The translations under genes and the position numbers were made by a program. 64,000 nucleotides of DNA from Eledone cirrhosa (lineage: Eukaryota). Within the stretch, counting starts at the first letter, position 1; the number at the start of each line of letters is the position of its first letter. Where the stretch lies: contig OZ024741.1 in the NCBI GenBank assembly GCA_964016885.1, positions 120,032,001-120,096,000 on the forward strand. Direction: 5' to 3'. The notes beneath the pieces were generated by a model, which was given only the letters and a program-made list of their open reading frames with translations, ran no database searches and was not told where the DNA came from. Positions 1-13,667 of the stretch are shown in pieces.

Positions 1-3000
1 AACCGGTCCGTCCGTCCAACGCCCCACAACGCTGTCGGACGGCATGGACTTTCCTCTCCAGGTGCCGAGCTGCAAGCCCACCGACTTTTCTTGGTTTATC
101 TTTGCTCCTGTGACCGCTTCGTATTCCTTGAGAGCGGTGCCGAGCATATTGACGTGTCTGGTACTCGACACCACCAAGGTGACGTCGTCGGATTTCCCGC
201 ATCCTAGTTCGCGTGGGACGCCCCTCATCGCCCCCAGTTTGTGCAGTAACGGCTCGAGAGCCAATACGTACAAGTGGGACGAGAGGGGACAACCCTGGCG
301 GACTGAGCGCATGATGTTGAACGGCTGCGACAGGTGACCGTTCACCCTCACAACTGAGCCGATGTCGTTGTACATCGCTGCGATCTAACCCCTAAAAACG
401 GGCCCGAAACCGGCTGCCTCCAGGACCGCCGCCAGGTACCGATGGTCGACCCTATCGAATGCTTTGGATTGATCCAAGTTGATCAGGGCCCCACCCGTAC
501 AGGGTTCCTTAACCACCCTCTCTATGATATATCGCATGAGGTGGAGGTTGTCGTGTATGGATCTGTCCGGAATGGCGCATGTCTGCGCCTCTCACACCAG
601 ACCCTTGACGACAAGCGCCAACCTCGTTGCTAACACTTTAGCCAAAATCTTGAACTCTGCGTTTAGCAGGGTTATGGGCCTGAAATTATCGATAACATCC
701 CCCTTGTTCGGGTCTTTTCTCAGCAGCTCCACCGCTCCCCGGCTCACAAAACTGGGAATGCTCCCGTTCTGCTGCCTGTTGCAGTAGACGTCTGCCAAGA
801 GGTCACTGAACAAGTCTGGCATAAATGCATAAAGCTCGTAGGGCAGACCAACCGAACCTGGCGATTTACCCCTCGTGCAGTTAGCCATCGCTTCCCGTAT
901 TTTACCGGCTGTTATTGGCTTTTCGCAACACTGTGCTTCGGTCGTCGCGAGCCGAGGCAGTCAGTCGAGGTATGCACTGAAGTCCATGCCCCGATCCGGG
1001 CCGCCGCTGCTCCCGAACAGTTCAGCAATGTGCTGCTGAAAAGCTTCACACATCCACTCGGGTTCGAGCATCACGCACCCGTTTTGGTCAAACCGAATTG
1101 TGGCTTTGTTGCCACGTCGCGCCTCTGCCACCCGGGCCATTGGACGGCTTTTGTCCCCTCGTGTTTCAGAGCACGCGCTCTAGCTTTGACAACGCAGCCT
1201 TCGTATTTTGCGTTGAAGAATTGCTCGAGTGCTAATCTCGCCGCAAGCGAGATTGGCAACCGATGCCTGTCCTAAACGCCTCTTCTAGCTTTCTGACTAG
1301 CTCTCCCTTTACTCGATCTTCTTCTATCACTACTCCTTTGCTAAACCTAATCGACTCTACTTTAATTGCCATTTTCAGGGAGAACCACCACCTGTTGTTG
1401 ACGACCGCTCCCTCAACGCCCGCTTAACTAATACACTAATCCGGTCTCTGTAGGCTTTGCGCGCCGGGAAAGACGCGTTCAGATTCCAGTAACCGGGCCC
1501 TTGTCTATGAAGTCTGTCTATGTCGATCTCACAGATCACAAATTTGTGGTCTGTGTACTCGACTATTTTAAATTGTGGACAACTATACTAGCCTTATCTA
1601 GTTCTTAGCAGAATACCCTATCGAGATACGATCTGGATGACCCGATGCGGTTTGTCCATGTCCACATTGGCACATTCGGGTAATCCAGTCGATACCTGTC
1701 AGACAGTTCAAAACGTCTGAGCAGGTTGGTGAGGCTCTTGCACCCTTACTCCCCTATCCACTAGCCCCACACAATCCCAGCGTGCATCCAAGATACCGTT
1801 CCAGTCGCCCACTAACACTAAAGAGCGGCACGTTCCAAGAAAGGTCTCTAGACGTCTGAAGAAATCTGGCCGCCCTGCCCCTGTTGGGGCGTAGACGGCT
1901 ACTAGCCTGAAAGCATTGCCTTCGCTGCCGGTCACGTCCAGCACCACCAACTTACCTTCTGGGTCTAGGAAGATGGCCCGTATGGTGAGATCCAAGCCTC
2001 TCCGAAAAAGGACGGCAACCCCACCCCCCGATCCTGGACGGCTGGGAGATGCGTATACATCGTAGCCGCCGAAGATCGGTGTGAAGGCTTGTGCTTCGGA
2101 GATTCTGGTCTCACTGATGGCCACCACATCTATGTTTAGTGACCTGAGGTCGTTGAGCAGGTGACCCTGCTTCCAAGATGACCCCAGGCCACGTGCATTT
2201 ATACTGCCTATTCTGAGTACGGCCATGTTGGATGAGAAACGGGGTAAGTGAGAAAGAGTCACTTACCTTGAACGTGTGGTGAAGGGACAGTAGAACCGTC
2301 CCTTTGGCTGGTCGTGGGTGTTTCCAAGAGGCTGTCAGTGTATATTCTCTTGGTAACCGATCCTCTGAAGTCTCCAACTGCGTTGGGGAATTTTTGTTTT
2401 AAAGGTTTGTATTGTTCTATTGAGATTTCAATGATGCTTATGTTTGTCGGAAGAGTTCTTGGTGCTGGTGGGGTGTAGTAGTTTTTTTCTGTGATGTCTG
2501 TGTGCTGCTTTATATATTGTATGAGTTCTTTTTTTGCCATGTTTATGGCTGTGTACTTGGGGGGGGGGGGTGTGATTTTGTTGCTGATTTCTTCTTATTG
2601 CTGTATGGTGTGTGTGTTTTGTTTTGTTTGCGTTGTTGGTGTTTTTGGTGATGCTGGTGGTGGTGTGGTTGTTGTTGGCGGTGGTGCTTGTGCTGGTGAT
2701 GGTGATGGTGGTGGTGTTGCTGCAAGTTTCCTTGCTGCGTTTACTCCTCTTTGTGTGCCTTCGCTTTTGGGGGTGAATCTAAGGGTTTTTTTTTTGGTTT
2801 TTTTTTGTGTCAGACCGTTTTCCACTTCACTCCCGCCTCAAACTCCATGTCGGATTCCGTGGCGTCTGGGAGGGGTATGTGCTCCACGGCTGTTGGTGGT
2901 GGTAGTGGAGCTCTCTTCGGCAATTTTGTTGCTGGTGTAGCTACTTCAAATGTAGCTATTCGTGTTGCCGCCACTGATGCTGCTGCTTTAGTTGTCTGTG

Positions 3001-4360
3001 GCCTTGGTACGGGTGCTACGGACGTTGCCCTCCCACTCACCGTGGAAGGGGCTTCTGCGTTTGTTGCCTGCCCTGCTCTTGGTAGCAGCGGACCAGGTAT
3101 TGGAAGGAGAGGGGCCTTCTTCTTCGCTGTCTTCTGCGGGCAAAAGGCACCGAGGTGACCCTTCGACCCACAGAGATAACATTTTAGCCGTCTACCTTAT
3201 ACGCTTATAGGGAGTTGGAGTCCTTCCTCGATGTCTATGATATCGGGGATAGCGTCGATACATTCCTGGTCAGTTTGTATAAGCATTTGCATGCCTATAC
3301 CTGACCAGTTTTCTCTCCCTATTTTTTCTACTTGCAGCATGGTCGTCCTGTTCTCGATTCCAGCAAGGACAGACGCGGCCAGCCAAGGTATGGGCACGCC
3401 GGGTGGGACCTGGGTCACTTTGACCCTCACAATTTTCTGCCCACAGTAGGAGGGCACCAAGACTATCTCCTCACTCTTTAGGGTTTCCAAAGAGTGAGAC
3501 TTTGCTTCCTGGGGGGGGGGGAGGCGAAAAGTACGTCTACTGTGGCGTACTTTCTGCCTCTGGTGATGTGGGTTTTGCGTGCCCAGACGCACCCCCAAGC
3601 CTTTTGGATTTGAGCCTTCGTGGCTCTCTCCACCGATGTGAGGTTTTTGCTTACGGTGCGGTAAGTCACCGTCCGTAGCTGCTGGTCCTTGAAAAAATCG
3701 GGTGGAGGTTTCAGGGAAACTCTATTTTCATTACTTGTCACCATGGCCCTTGCGACGGCCATCTCCTCCTCTGTGACTAACACTGTCTCGATATTTCGGG
3801 CGACACCTGCAAAAGAAGTGGTCCCTTTTTCAGCAGCACCACTATTGCTGCCGCTACTGGTCTTACTGGTGGTGCTGAGATCGCTGTTACAGGTATCAAT
3901 GTCATTGTTGATGTTTTTGTTGGCACAGTTGTTGGTGTTGCTGTTGTTTTCGTTGATACTGTTGCTGTTGTTACTGTTAGTGTGGCTGTTGTTATTATTG
4001 TTGTTTTTGTTGATACTGTTCCTGGATTGGCAGTATCGGTAGAGGGTCGGACGCCATGCTTTCCAGCATAGTTACGTCCCTTTACGATCTGAGTTCAAAT
4101 CCCGCCGAGGTTGACTTTGCCCTTCATCCTTACGGGGTCGATAAAATAAAGTACCAGTAATGCACTGGGTAATTGCTGGCCTTGTGCCTAAAGTAGAAAC
4201 AATTATTGTTGTTGTGGCTGTTGTTATTGTCATTGCTATTGTCGTTCTCGACCTTACCGCTGTTATTTTTGTTATTGTCGTTCTCGACTTTGCCGCTGTT
4301 ATTTTTGTTGTTGCTGTTGTTATTGATGGTGTTGTTGTTGGTGTTGTTGGTGGTGTTATT
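1..4360 (-). mobile_element. Tx1/L1-clade LINE copy A (ORF1 plus 5' part of ORF2; frameshifted; runs off the left edge)
   Basis: APE endonuclease ORF 1708-2262 (GSINARGLG, VVAISET, LVGDWN). RT N-terminus 592-888 (KSPG, NFRPITLLNAEFKILAKVLA). ORF1 pieces 2259-3783 resemble ORF1 of the copy at 36-38 kb. The Asn-rich ORF1 N-terminus is interrupted by a SINE at about 4025. Confidence 0.9.
4025..4208 (+). mobile_element. tRNA-derived SINE
   Basis: A-box-like TGGCAGTATCGG, B-box GAGTTCAAATCCC, body CCTTCATCCTTACGGGGTCGATAAAAT and tail GGCCTTGTGCCTAAAGTAGAAAC. Many near-identical copies in the window. Confidence 0.9.
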
Positions 4361-4361
4361 G

Positions 4362-4957
4362 TAACCTGCCCCATCAAAAGAATTGGTGGGAGCATCAACC
4401 ACCTCCCGTACTTGAAAAAGATCACATCTCAATCTTGTGGAACTTTAGCATCCAAACAGTCCGAAAAATAGATGCAAATAGACCTGATATAATACCGAAG
4501 GACTTTAAAAAGAGGGTATGCCTGCTAATTGATATGTCCGTTCCAACAGACTAGAATGTATCTATAAAAACATTTGAAAAATTGAGCAAGTATACGGACC
4601 TGGAGATAGAAATTGGAAAAATGTGGAAGTTGAGAACTAAACAATACCAGTGGTTGTAGGCGCTCTAGGAATGATACCTAAGGGGTCTAATGATTACTTA
4701 TCGCAAATCCCAGGAAACCCGCGTATAGGATAAATACAAAAGATAGTACTAATGGGAACTGCCCATATACTAAGGAAGATTCTGTCAATATAAGTACATC
4801 ACAAGTCTAAACACCTAAAGATGCATCTGTGTGTATGTGTGTTCTTTCTTGAACATGGCGGACCTTGTTGTCTCTTGAGGTCACTGGTTGTGAGTTGGTG
4901 ATAACTCGTATGAACATAAAGCAAGATAAATGCAACTGTAATAATAATAATAACAAT
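4362..4957 (+). mobile_element. Dong/R4-clade LINE 3' fragment (restriction-like endonuclease) with (TAA)n tail
   Basis: Manual translation gives ANRPDI...CLLIDMSVP...KLSKYTDLEIEIGKMWK...PVVVGALG...QKIVLMGTAHILRKILS. Ends in TAATAATAA. Confidence 0.8.
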
Positions 4958-5143
4958 AATTGTTTCAACTTTAGGAACAAGGCCAGCAATTACCCAGTAC
5001 ATTACTGGTACTTTATTTTATCGACTCCGTAAGGATGAAAGGCAAAGTCAACCTCGGCGGGATTTGAACTCAGTCCGTAAAGGGACGTAACTGTGCTGCA
5101 AAGCATGGCGTCCGACCCTCTACCGATACTGCCAATCCACCCA
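4958..5143 (-). mobile_element. tRNA-derived SINE
   Basis: Reverse complement of the 4025-4208 family. Confidence 0.9.
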
Positions 5144-5149
5144 ATAATA

Positions 5150-8100
5150 ATAACAATGGTTTCATTTATTGGCCACAAGGCCTGCTGTATAGACAATATA
5201 GTAGACGGAGACAGTGGGGGTTTTAATCAAAAATCGAGTAAAAAATAGGAAAACAATAATAATAAACAAGAAAAATACAACAATTAAAGTTCCCCAATAG
5301 GGGAGATCACCACCCAGGGATGACTCACGTACCCCACCAATCCTGAACCACCCGACGCTTCGAGGGCACCCGGGAAGGGCACCCCTCTCCTCAAATTCAC
5401 CAGCCTACAGGCGCATAATCACAGTAGGCCCACAAACACCGGCCATTCTTTTACATTCACTCACTTTTCAGCAAATGTGCTGACTGGAAGCACTTCTCTC
5501 TCCACCCTCACCTTCCTTTCCAAGTGAAATTTGAAAAAGTTGATGAGGGATTGGCCGAAGAGAAAGGTATCTGTCTTCAGTTCTTTCAGCCTGGTCCACC
5601 ATATAACCTCTTTCGCCACCAGACAGGAAAATTGCCTGCCCTTCCTGGCCAAAAGAAGGCGGCGGGTCGATCTTCACTATGGACTCGGCCGATAACCGGA
5701 TCCGTTCTACACGCGACAACAGCTGTTCGACGTAACTCTACAAGTCAGTAATGCACGGACACTAGACGAGTGTGTGCAGAAGGGTTTCGTCGCTCTGCAC
5801 GCATCTCGGGCAGGTCCATCTGACAGCACTTCCATACCTGTAGAGTTTATCTTGAACCGGCAGTGCCCCCCGATAGCAATGCCAAGCGAGGGATTTTTGG
5901 AAGCAATCCATCGTCCCCGGCTCGAAAGCCCTCCGGAACAGACTGGTCAGTTCGACTTGGTCGACGCCCAGAGCGTCTCCGAGTGCGTCGTCGCACTTAC
6001 CCACCACTAATCCTCTATAGAACTCTAGAGTGGAAGTTCCACCGACCGCATTGCCAACCTGGTAGAGGGCAGTGAGTGCCTGGCAACATTCCAAATGCCA
6101 GTCACCCAGTCTCGGTCTCTTCTTGACTCAGGATTGCAGCTCAGTCAAAGAGACGAACTGCGGAAAGGCCCATCTGAAAAACGGTGACCACACCTGTTCA
6201 CCGTTTAGGAAGTATATCTGGAGATGTCGCAGCCTCAGCGCATGACTGCGCATCATTAGCCACGGCATTCCCAACCCTCCACGTAGAGGGTGATGATGGC
6301 AGCAGATGGACCGCCTCACCAACAGAACCTGTGCCCCCCCCCCCCCCCCCCCACACACAAGAATTTAAAGAGGAGCCGTTCCAGCTTGGTGAGGCGCGGA
6401 TGGAGGCAAGGCACGACGGTCAGGAGGTAGTTGATGACGGACGCGATATAGCCATTCGCTACCTTCGCTCGACCTTTCAGAGACAGCTTCTTCGCAGCTC
6501 ATTATTGGGTGAGACTGGCTAACCTGCTCGTCACCTCGTCCCAATTTTTATCCACCTGCAGGTCTGGTCCGAACCAAATCCCGAGCAACTTTACCGGACC
6601 GTCCGTCCAGTGCGCAATGACGTTGTTGGACGACGGCATGGACTTGTCTATCTAGGTGCCGAGCTGCAAGTCCACCGACTTTTCCGGGTTAAGTTTCGCT
6701 CCCGTAAACCTTGCATATTCCTCCAATAAGGTGCCGACCACCTCGATTTCCGGGGTGTCCGACGCCATCATAGTGATGTCGTCCGCATAAGCCGACACAG
6801 CCTTTCCGCGTACCGGTTCGAGCGGGATGTCCTTCAACAGCTCCAGCTGTCGCAGTAAAGGCTCGATAGTCAATACATAAGGGAGGATAAAGGGCACCCT
6901 TGACGGACCGATCGGGAGATCTGAAACGGTTCCGATAGGTGGCCATTAACTTTGACCACCGAGCAGATGCCGCTGTGCATTGCAGCGAACCAGCTTCTGA
7001 AGACGGAGCCAAAGCCAGCTGCCTTGAGGACAGCTTCCAGGTACCGATGGTCGATACTAACGAATGTTTTCGATTGATCTAAATTGATCACGCCCATCGA
7101 AGCCAGGTCTACCCCCTACCTTCTCTATGATGTATCGCATGAAGTGGGGCTTGTCGTGTATGGACCTGGTCGGGATTGCGCAAGTTTGCGCCTCCCCAAC
7201 CAAATCTTCGACGACAAGTGCCAACCTCTTTGCTAACAACTTGGCCAAAATTTTAAATTCTGTGTTGAGCAGAGTTATGGGCCTGAAGTTATTTAATGTG
7301 TTCCTCTTGTTCTCGTCTTTCCTTCTCTGCGTCACTACGCCCCGGCTCACACAACTGGGAATGCTCTCATTCTGCTGTCATTTGCAGTAGATCGCTTCGA
7401 GGAGATCGGAGAACAAGTCTGGCATATTTATGTAAAGCTTGTAGAGCAGACCATCTAAACCGGGTGACTTGCGCCTCGTGCAGCTGACAAGGGCATCCTG
7501 AATTTCGGCTGAAGTTATCGGCCTTTGATAGCGCTCAGCGTCGGCCGTCAAGAGCCGCTAGCCCTCTGACCCGCCACTTCCCCCGAACAACCGAGCAAAG
7601 TGCTGGCGAAAGGTCTCACACATCCGCATGGAATCGCTCAGCTCATGTCCGTTTCGGTCCGTCAAAGACCGAATTGTGGATTTATTACCACGCTGCGCCT
7701 CTGCCACAAACAGCTTTGGTTACCTCGTTCCCCAGATCACGTGACTTAGCTCTGATAATGCAACCTTCGTGTTTCGTATTGAAGAAATTATCCAATGCCA
7801 TTCTCGCCGCTAGCACGTCAGTTGCAATGCCCCTACAGATAGCCTCGTCTAACTTAGCTACCAGCTCCCCCTCCTTTCTATTTTTCTCTAACGCTACTTT
7901 GCTAAACCTTATCGAAATTACTCTAATCTCTTTTTTGAGAGCCCTCCCCCTCCCCCACCATCTGTTGTTGACGACTCCCGCCCCTTGTTAACTTTTTCTT
8001 AACTAAATGATTGACCAGGTCCCTGTAAGCCTTACGTGCCGGAAACGACATGCTCAGTTTCCAGTAACCAGATGCGAATCTACGCATCTTATCTAGGTCG

Positions 8101-8487
8101 ACCATATAGATCACAAACTTGTTTTAAAGCGTGGACAGCCTACATTATTTCTATCTATTTTCCTAATGAAAATCCTGTCTAAATACGATCTAGATGACCC
8201 TAAGCGGTTGCTCTCCAATGGCGCATTAGGGAAATCTAGTCGGAACATGTCAGGCAGTTTAAACTAACTGGTTGATCAGGTACTTGAGGTGTTTGCACCC
8301 CACGCTCCTATCAGCTACTCCACACAATCCCAGCGTGCGTCTAAGATACCGAGACGTACCCAGGAGGGCTTCCAGGCGCCTAAAGAAGTCAGGCCGTCCG
8401 GTCCCGGTAGGGGCGTGGACGGCCACCAGTCGGAAGGCACTACCTTCGCTATTGTTACCTCAAGGTCCAGGCCTTTCATAAATAACA
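5150..8487 (-). mobile_element. Tx1/L1-clade LINE copy B (decayed ORF2 and 3' UTR)
   Basis: RT motifs RSVRQGCPLS and SAYADDIT; C-terminal CPRC..SDETLLH zinc-finger remnant. Colinear with 32908-35830. Confidence 0.9.
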
Positions 8488-10320
8488 CTGCCATCCACCT
8501 CCCATTCCCACCAACTAATAGATTCGAAGTTCTGCCAATCGGGACAAATCCACATGCTTGGTTTCCAGGCATTCTCTTATTGTTTTCGGGAGAATGGGGA
8601 AGCTCGAGAATGTATGCGGAGTCCTTGGGTGTCAGCCGACCCTCGGCTAGGATAGGATGGGAGCAGAGTACGGCGTTGCGGAATTCGGCCTCTCCGTAGC
8701 TGGTGTTGGTCACCTCAAACTTGGTTGGGTTGATCTCAAGTCCAAAGAGCTTTAGAGCTGGGAAGATTTATCGAAGGTCCTCAACTACCGTCTTAGCCGA
8801 ACCGCCCAGGGATGCACCGGACCAACCATGCTACGTCGTCGACGCCAGCGTGAATAGAAGCGAGCCGAGTGGGTCCCCCTGCTGGACACCTGTGGCGGAA
8901 GTAAGCGTGTTGCCAGCAGCCATGAGTGAGCTGGGACTTCCATACGAAAGGTGAACGAGGAGATAGATACAGGGGGGCTCGTCTAAGATATGTCTCTAGG
9001 ACGTGATCCCGTCCTACGTTGTTGAAGGTGTTAATCATGACCAGCTTCACGAGAAGGCGGGATGACGAGGGAGGTGTGTGTTCTATGAAGTGTCTGGCCA
9101 CATGAGCTGCGGCCTCACAACCGCATTTGATTCCCACTCAGAGCTGGACAGGACTTAGCGCCTCGCCCAGGTCGTCTTTGACTGACTTGCAAGCTATCTT
9201 GTTGCAAGTTGTCGGAAGATGTTACCTAGCGCGATGGGGTGGACGTAATTCTTCCTCGGGGTGGTCAAGTTGGCTAGGAGGAAAAGATCGCGGGAATGTC
9301 TGGGCAAGTTGGCACGGAGGAGACAGTTGGTGAGAGCTATTAATGACTGGAGCAGTCAGGTGACAGGGGCGTAAGCCGTCTGCACCACCACTGCTGCTAT
9401 CAGGAAAAGATTTTAGGGTGGCTACCATGTCCTCGCTGGACGCTGCCGAGGAGAGATTGCTGGCCGGGGCTGGAGCGTCCCTGATGTCGGCAGGCGGGTC
9501 CGGATGTTTGAGGTGGAGCACTGACAAAACATCCGGTGTTGGTCGGAGCACAGCGTCGCTTGAGGCCAGCACACAAACAGCGGCCAAAACATCGCCCTCA
9601 ATTAATATGAGGTTGACTCTGTCCCGGAGACGTTTCGTGCTGTCATGGGTCAATTGAGGCATTGTGTGGCACTGGTGGGTAGCACAAGAGTGCCGAGAGG
9701 CTCGTGGGCGAAGGGTCGCAGAAAGAAGTGACATTGCCCTTGAGCCTCGAAGCCAGAGAGGGGCCAGATCTGTTCTCGCCACCAACAGGATCCTGAGTAC
9801 GAAGGAGGCAAAACTGAACAGTAGGGCCAGTCCCGTTATCGCCCGAATCAAGCGCTCGGTCGATTGATTCTCCGCGACTGCCTGAAGCGGGAGATCGCCA
9901 CCAGACGCCCGTTGGGTCGGGCGCCCGTGACCACCTGCGGTGTCGGTGTGGATAGGCATGACGGGCAGTGCCACCGGTGCAAGGAATCCGACATACGCCT
10001 TGTAAGTTTGACGCAAGAGAGGTGGAAGAAGCTGTTGCAGTTGGAGCAGTTCCTTCCTCTCTTGCACCTGTTTCACGTGGCGCACGAGTGGCACCGGTCA
10101 ACCTCCCGTGGGTTGGAAGGTTGAGGAGAGGAGGGTATTGCGTTCAGGGGTGCGGGAGGTCAGATCTTCCACCATATGGGTGAAGAGATGCCTGGTCCGC
10201 ACGGGTTAGGCGGTTGGGAGTAAGCTAGAAAGGAGGATTGTAAACTGTGTTTGGGGGTGAGTGCATGCATGATGTTAAGATGAATGTTATGTGTGTCCGG
10301 GCACCCATAGCAGCAAGTTC
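8487..10320 (-). mobile_element. CRE-clade REL LINE, 5' part, decayed
   Basis: SSSGGADGLRP, GCEAAAH..R and LLVKL.M.NTFN motifs. Homologous to 52535-55640. PHD-finger remnant at about 9955-10090. Confidence 0.8.
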
Positions 10321-10859
10321 AATAACAGGGAAGAAAAAAAAGATACATTAGGGATAAGCTTCCTCTACATAATAGCATCTCTGAGTAAAATGAGGTGATG
10401 AAGGAAGAATTACGAAGTGATATCAGTGACACTTACCTCATCTTATTGAAAGCGCCGTTAAAGTTGAAGACTTTCTGTTCTGTAGACTGCTCATTAATTT
10501 ATATATAAACTACATATTTATGCATTTGTTTATTTACTTACTTCAACAGTCACGTGACCAGAAACTTCAATGTTGTAACGTCGACGTTTTCTCGTTCTTC
10601 GTCAATTGTTATGAAACCGCTCCTTCCATCTTTTCAATTCGATTCACTCGAACACCATCAATAGATTTCCACTTAACCACAGTTAATCAGTGCAGCGCCA
10701 GTTAATAGACAGTATATAAAATAAAATAAATCAACAAAGGGATCATAAAATAAACATGCAAAAAAAAAAACACATATAGGAAACAACGCAATAGAAATAT
10801 TTTCAACAACAATAGTGATAATGACAACAATAACAATAATTATGACAACAGCAGCAACA

Positions 10860-11076
10860 ATGATTTCTAATTTAGGCCCAAGGCCATCCATGTGTGGGGA
10901 AGGGATAGTTGACTATATCGAGATTAATGCATGACTGGTGTTTTATTTTATCGATCCCGGAAAGATGGAAAGTAAAGTTCCCCTCAGCAGCATTTAAACA
11001 GAGAACGTAAAAAGCCATAACTATATGCCACAAACCTTGTTGTCCGACGTTCTAACAACTTTGCCAATCAATCACC
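10860..11076 (-). mobile_element. Older, longer variant of the tRNA-derived SINE
   Basis: Diverged match to the SINE body (TTTATCGATCCCGGAAAGATGGAAAG) and tail (TTCTAATTTAGGCCCAAGGCC). Confidence 0.7.
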
Positions 11077-11096
11077 TTGAATCTGTGAGCCACATA

Positions 11097-11560
11097 AATG
11101 CCGCTGTGGATCCACCGTAGATTCCTTAGCCTCGACCCGCTGTCCTGCCGCTACAGTGCCGGCCACCTTCTACGCCCTGCTTCCCTCAACAAGGTCATCA
11201 AGCATGGCTTGGATGCTGCAGGCTTCCACCACCCAGCTCTAGCCGGTAGGGCTGAACCGAGGGGACAGCAAAAGACCAGACGGGATGACCATTTTCCCGT
11301 TCCGTGGTGGCAAACTCTTCAACTAGGGTGTCACATATAGCGACACATTCTGCTGCAGCAACCTGGTGCAGTCTGCGACTAACCCAAGCGCTGCTGTACT
11401 TCGGTCCGAGGAGGGTTAACTCTCCAAATATCGGTTGCTCTCCGACAGGCTTGCGGTCGAGCCCGTGGAAGTGGAGACTTCTGGTGTCCTTGGCTCTACG
11501 GCCACCTCCCTACTCACCACCATCAACACAGAGTTGGCTTTCCGCAGGTGTGACAATAGT
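11097..11560 (+). mobile_element. CRE-clade LINE 3' (REL domain) fragment
   Basis: Colinear with 55065-55530 (KRPDGMTIFPFRGG; CTGCAGCAACCTGGTGCAGTCTGCGACTAACCCA). Confidence 0.8.
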
Positions 11561-12557
11561 GAGAGATGGGGAGAGCGGGAGAGACAGCGGCGATGAGTGG
11601 GAGTTTGGAGAGTTTGGTTCTCTTGTGTTTGGTCCTGGTGTATATATGTGTACATGGGAGTGAATAATAATAATAATTCATAGAAAAATGAGCAAATTCA
11701 TCAAAGGCTATCAGTAACAACGATGGGCAAAAATGCCCCAGGGGACAGAGACCAGCGGCCAGTGGTCATCAGAGAGACAATTCCCAGGGTGGGTGGCAGA
11801 GAGATTAAATATAGAAAGGATTGAGAGGAGGGGGACAAGGAAAAGTGTGTTGACACATAGAAGTGACTGGTAGAGGAAATAAAGAAAAGTTGTGTACAAG
11901 ACAAGTTAATACACACATCATCATCAGCTTTCAAACTAGCAAAATGGTTTCGCACGATTTAATAGAGAGTACCATATTAAAATGCTGGATCGTGCAATGG
12001 TTTGTAATTTAGGCATCAGGCCAACAATTTTGGGGGATGGGAAAGGATATAAAAGGGATCCCTGATCTTAAAATCTGACACTCCTCATCACGTGACTGTG
12101 TTTATTCAATAAAATCGCATTTTAAACAAATCGAAATTTTGAGCCACTTTTTCAGGCGCAAAAATTACTGTACTTAATCACGTGACTGTCATCGACCAAT
12201 AAAATTGCATTTTAAACAGATAGCAATCTGAACCACTTTTTTTGTATAAAACAGAAATAATTTTCGAACTCCAGTTAGACGCTAAGCACACCACAACAGA
12301 AACACCCATATATGTTCTTTCGTCACATATTCTGTAACCTCCGCAATAACTATCTGTTCTCTTGGTTGAGAACTCCCTAGCCATAGCCATGTACTCTCGT
12401 TAATAATATGAATATAGACGTTAAAACAGCCCTACGAGGGAATACCCATGAACCGGAACTAGAACTCACACCATGGAGAGCACCCAGCGAAAACGAGCTA
12501 ACTCCATTCGCCAGAGCATTAAAGTAACAGTAGACAGAGAGAGAGAGAGAGAGAGGG

Positions 12558-12647
<90 letters not shown>

Positions 12648-12689
12648 TGAATGAACATCTGCGAGAACTTAAGGAGGAGAAAACTTTTC

Positions 12690-13150
12690 TGTGTTATACC
12701 AACATGCCAAATTGGAACACGGGAGCTTAATAGATAACATAGAAATAAAGATCCTATCCTCACATAGAACTGACGCAACACAAATTACGGAGGCCATACA
12801 CTATAGATGATAGATCTAGCCTGAACAGAAAACTCGAATGAGATAGCAACAGCTCGCAACTCAACAACAGAAGATAGAATAGAGGGGAAAAAAGACACGA
12901 ATAACGAAAGATACAACCTCCACCATAGACGCACATAGACATGAAAAGCACACCGACCCCTCCCCTCCACATACACACAAAGTGAAGGCCCAGACACAGA
13001 CGCGTGTGCAGTCACGAATCACAAAAATACGCGCCACAAAAAAAAAAGACGGAGTAGAAGTTTAAGACCAGAAAGAATGGAAGGCACAAGAGAGAACACA
13101 GTCATTGAGAAGGTCACAGACGGTATGACGAAAGAACTTTGACGAACGAA
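12690..13150 (+). mobile_element. Penelope-like element 3' remnant (GIY-YIG C-terminus and HHR)
   Basis: Decayed translation HAKLEH..NIEIKILSSHRTDA..QITEAI matches the endonuclease tail at 18190-18360(-). HHR at 13101-13143. Confidence 0.65.
13101..13143 (+). ncRNA. Minimal type-I hammerhead ribozyme, U3:A8 variant
   Basis: GTCA-TTGAGAA-G-GTCACA/TATGAC-GAAA-GAAC-TT-TGAC; stem I GTCA/TGAC. Confidence 0.65.
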
Positions 13151-13154
13151 ATAA

Positions 13155-13333
13155 TAATTGTTTCTACTTTAAGCACAAGGCCAGCAATTACCCAGTACAT
13201 TACTGGTACTTTATGTTATCGACCCCGTAAGGATGAAAGGCAAAGTTAACCTCGTCCGGATTTGAACTCAGACTGTAAAGGGACGTAACTATGCTAGAAA
13301 GCATGGCGACCAGCCCTCTACCGATACTGCCAT
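13155..13333 (-). mobile_element. tRNA-derived SINE
   Basis: Reverse complement of the SINE family. Confidence 0.9.
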
Positions 13334-13463
13334 AAGCAATAAAGATAAAGTGAAAATGTTATGGTGTGTGTATTTCATTTTATTAGCAATACTAGCAAAA
13401 TGACTAATCGTAAATATATCAATATCGGTTTCAACACATGATTTCATACCAAGAATCTTGCAG

Positions 13464-13667
<204 letters not shown>

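Noticed and set aside
10430-10680. Possible host promoter or exon (GTCACGTGAC E-box, minus-strand GAG|GTAAGT); possible acceptors near 61686 and 61933
   Set aside because: Short motifs only, with no supportable exon chain or protein similarity.
12313-12350. HHR-family copy on the minus strand
   Set aside because: Core TTGCGGA and the cleavage site are mutated; counted as dead.
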